The position numbers and the translations under genes are program-made. Positions 61,331 through 64,000 of a stretch of DNA of 64,000 nt are shown here, one piece after another (the stretch's first letter is position 1; every line of letters starts with the position of its first letter). A model generated the notes under the pieces. That model searched no databases and was not told where the DNA came from. It saw only the letters and a list, made by a program, of their open reading frames with translations. Source of the stretch: Raillietiella orientalis (Eukaryota); contig JAYWIR010000029.1 in assembly GCA_036172245.1 (NCBI GenBank), positions 744,001-808,000 on the forward strand. The letters are read 5' to 3'.

Positions 61331-64000
61331 GTCCCAGCTTAACCGGGTTAAAACCTCCTCGCTATAGCCAACTTAAGAACCCCTAATGTTGCTATCGTTT
61401 TTCAAATGGTACGCCCTAATGAACTCTTACGTTCGCCGTCATCTTTTGCTACTCGAATAATCGAAGATGGCCCTGCACTATCATTCTCTCCTGACCTTTG
61501 CACTGGCTGGTGATTGCGAGCACTGTGCGACAAGTCTTTGATTTCGACGGGTCGGCCCAATTGTCAGGCAGCTCGGATTGGAACGTGCTCGTTCGGGTAG
61601 ATGAAAATATTGAAAACAGGAAGCGAAAGAGGTTCTCAGGGGTTTCCAGCTCATTCAGGTTCGCTAGGTCATTCTGTAGAAGGAAAAAGGCTTAGAAACT
61701 TTCCGCTCCCTGCTTGGGTGATTCGGAAATCCTTAATGATGGCTGCCTTCATCATGAACCCGTCTGAAATGGTATTCCAGGTTTGCGATCGAGGAGGCAC
61801 ATCAGCTCTTCGTGGAAGTCGTCGGATCTGAACAGAGCGAGGCAAGAAGGAATCGTTACTTCAAACGTTTCCGAGTTCCTTCATCTTCCATGCAATCCAC
61901 TGATCATTCTTCGGAAAATTTGCCATGAATAGTAGCCCAACCGACACGACCGACAGACGTAAGGTCACTCGGCAAAAACGTAGTGTAACGGAGAAGACAT
62001 CTAATTATGTGAAGAGGCATTCTATGCGTTCACTGTTTAAAAAATGAGGCCCGCAGTCTGCGGATACCGTGCGTCTTTCAAAGGTTCTGCTGAGCTTCCA
62101 CGATGCACTCCAACCTCGGCAATCCTCGTGCCCTCTTCCCGGTGTGCACACCGGCAAAAGGGACACGAGATGTCTAATATGTTCTAAATAGTCTTCGTAG
62201 GAGTGGCGCAGACGTACGAATCACAAAGAGAGAACTCGTCAGCTGAATCTCGTGTTTCCCATCTTCGTGTTTTAAAATTTCAGGAGTCTTTGCTGATTGT
62301 GATTCTTTTAGCTCTCTCCTGGTTCCATGTGCGTCGAAAGGCATTCTCAAACTAACCTTTTCCTTCCCCGATATGTGCCTCTAAATCACGGGAAAAGATG
62401 CAAATCTGAAACGAAGAAACAGCAAATTGGAGGCTGGAGAATTGCGTGCCAAATTGCGATGTTCGGGATCATCTTCCCACAGTCATAATCCTTGTGCCTC
62501 ATCCGTAACTTCTTCACAGAAAGCGATTTGTTCCATCATTCTCTGCCGGATAAGTTCCTGAGAAATTCGACTGTGATGTAATTGGAGGTCCACCTAATCT
62601 CTCCCAACGGAAACTTGCGGGGAGAGATGACTTATTGATGCACAACTAAACCCCCTTCGGAACTAATAAAGTCGCTGAATAAAATAAACACAGAAACCAA
62701 TAAAAAGTGGATAGTAATGAAGCAATAGAAAAACTGAGTTTTCTCCATAAAAAAATCTTATTCTTTCATTTTTTTATAAAAAAAAAAAAAAAAGCATCCA
62801 ATACATGGCACTAATATTGAGTCACTACATAAAACGAGAACAAAAAGACGCACACATACGCACACAAAAATGAAAGAAGAGTGTTTCAAAACTGTATTGA
62901 AACATTGTACTTAAAAGATGCAACAAAACAGCTCTTCGCCCAGGTTAGCACAACGGCACCAGCGAGAAAAATGATGATGATGCTCTATCATTCTCCAGAT
63001 GTTTCAAAGAAATGTGGTCGAACAATATCTTGGTGGAATCTAAAGATCATACTACTTTTGTGAATGAGCCTTCCTCAAGAGCAAGCACTGAAAGCAAGCA
63101 GGAAACTTGCGGCACTCTAATTACTAGGACGCTACATGGGCTTCCTCCCGTTCCTCCCAGCACGAACGCAGCACCCATCCATAAATGCTTGATGAAGGCA
63201 TTGTTTTTGAAAGCGGTGAATCGAAATTCCTGGCTGACTCCACGCGTGCACTGTGTCAGGTCGAGTCACGGCTGCTTCCACGCAAGCATGCGTTCCAAGA
63301 TATGTGAAATGGCGCGCGCGCACTGCTCCGAACCAGGAACACATCCGATCTCTACGTCGGACTGAGGCGGTCCCTTCGCGAATGGGTGTCCCGTGCGTCC
63401 CAACACCTTCCGGACGTTCCGGAACTGGACTTTGACGAATTCGAGAGCGGAAAAAAAAATGGTGAAAAGACTTGGATCCGAAGATAAACGGGAAAAATTC
63501 CTGCCTGAGGTGCGAATCAAAGATCCACGTTTTTCAAAAAAGGGAGGGAGGCAGGTTTTTCTCTTCTGTTCTTCCTGTCTTTGAGATCAGAAATCTTGAA
63601 GCTTCCGGTACTCTCAGTGTTTCTGTTGATTTTCCGGGTTCTTCTCTCCCAAGCTCAACGAAAAATAATGCTGGGATTAAGAAGTACTCCGATCGATTCT
63701 GAGATGACAACCTATGTCTCCATGGCTACACGATCAGAACTTTCTCAAAATTAGCGTCTAAATTCGAAGTTTCTAAAATTCTGTAATAATGAAAACTAAA
63801 GTACCAAGGAAGAATAAGTCGGTTTCCACTTTTGTATACCCAAAGAACCGGACTCGGTTTACAGTGAGCAGCTTGAGGTTGGAGATTCCCAAAAGTCGAA
63901 TGTGTCCCAATACCCGTTCCAGTAGAGTGCTGCAGCTGCTGATGGAGGAGGTGGGGCACACTAGTCCCACGTATGTTCCAGTGATCTCCGAAGACAATCG

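Noticed and set aside
61400..64000. Gag-like knuckle (CAHRQKGHE at ~62145) or a gene at the window end
   Set aside because: Single incomplete motif, with no ORF continuity or splice model.

Overview
Eukaryotic (invertebrate metazoan-type) genomic DNA, not prokaryotic; most ORFs in the supplied track are shadow frames of GC-rich sequence. Manual GT-AG splicing gives five intact genes whose exons join in frame: an SLC17/sialin-like transporter (-, 8 exons, ~500 aa), synaptojanin (+, 17 exons, ~1041 aa), a CRELD1-like gene (+, 7 exons, ~360 aa), a C9orf85-like gene (-, probably 2 exons, ~205 aa) and a DUSP6/7 (Mkp3)-like MAPK phosphatase (-, 4 exons, ~380 aa). Many introns are only 40-65 nt. Intergenic space holds decayed non-LTR retrotransposons: a HERO-like and a Utopia/NeSL-like RLE-type fossil and several Tx1/L1-like fragments, plus two copies of a probable tRNA-derived SINE. 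Most notable: the CRELD and C9orf85-like stop codons converge only 4 nt apart; an unexplained ~450 bp mini-hairpin array at 34.1-34.6 kb; a perfect DSGxxS degron at the DUSP C-terminus; loss of both TM4 glutamates in the SLC17 protein; a frameshifted duplicate of part of a synaptojanin exon; and a sharp CpG-rich/CpG-poor mosaic. All family assignments are from motif recognition by eye; no searches were run and I found no system I can claim is wholly new.
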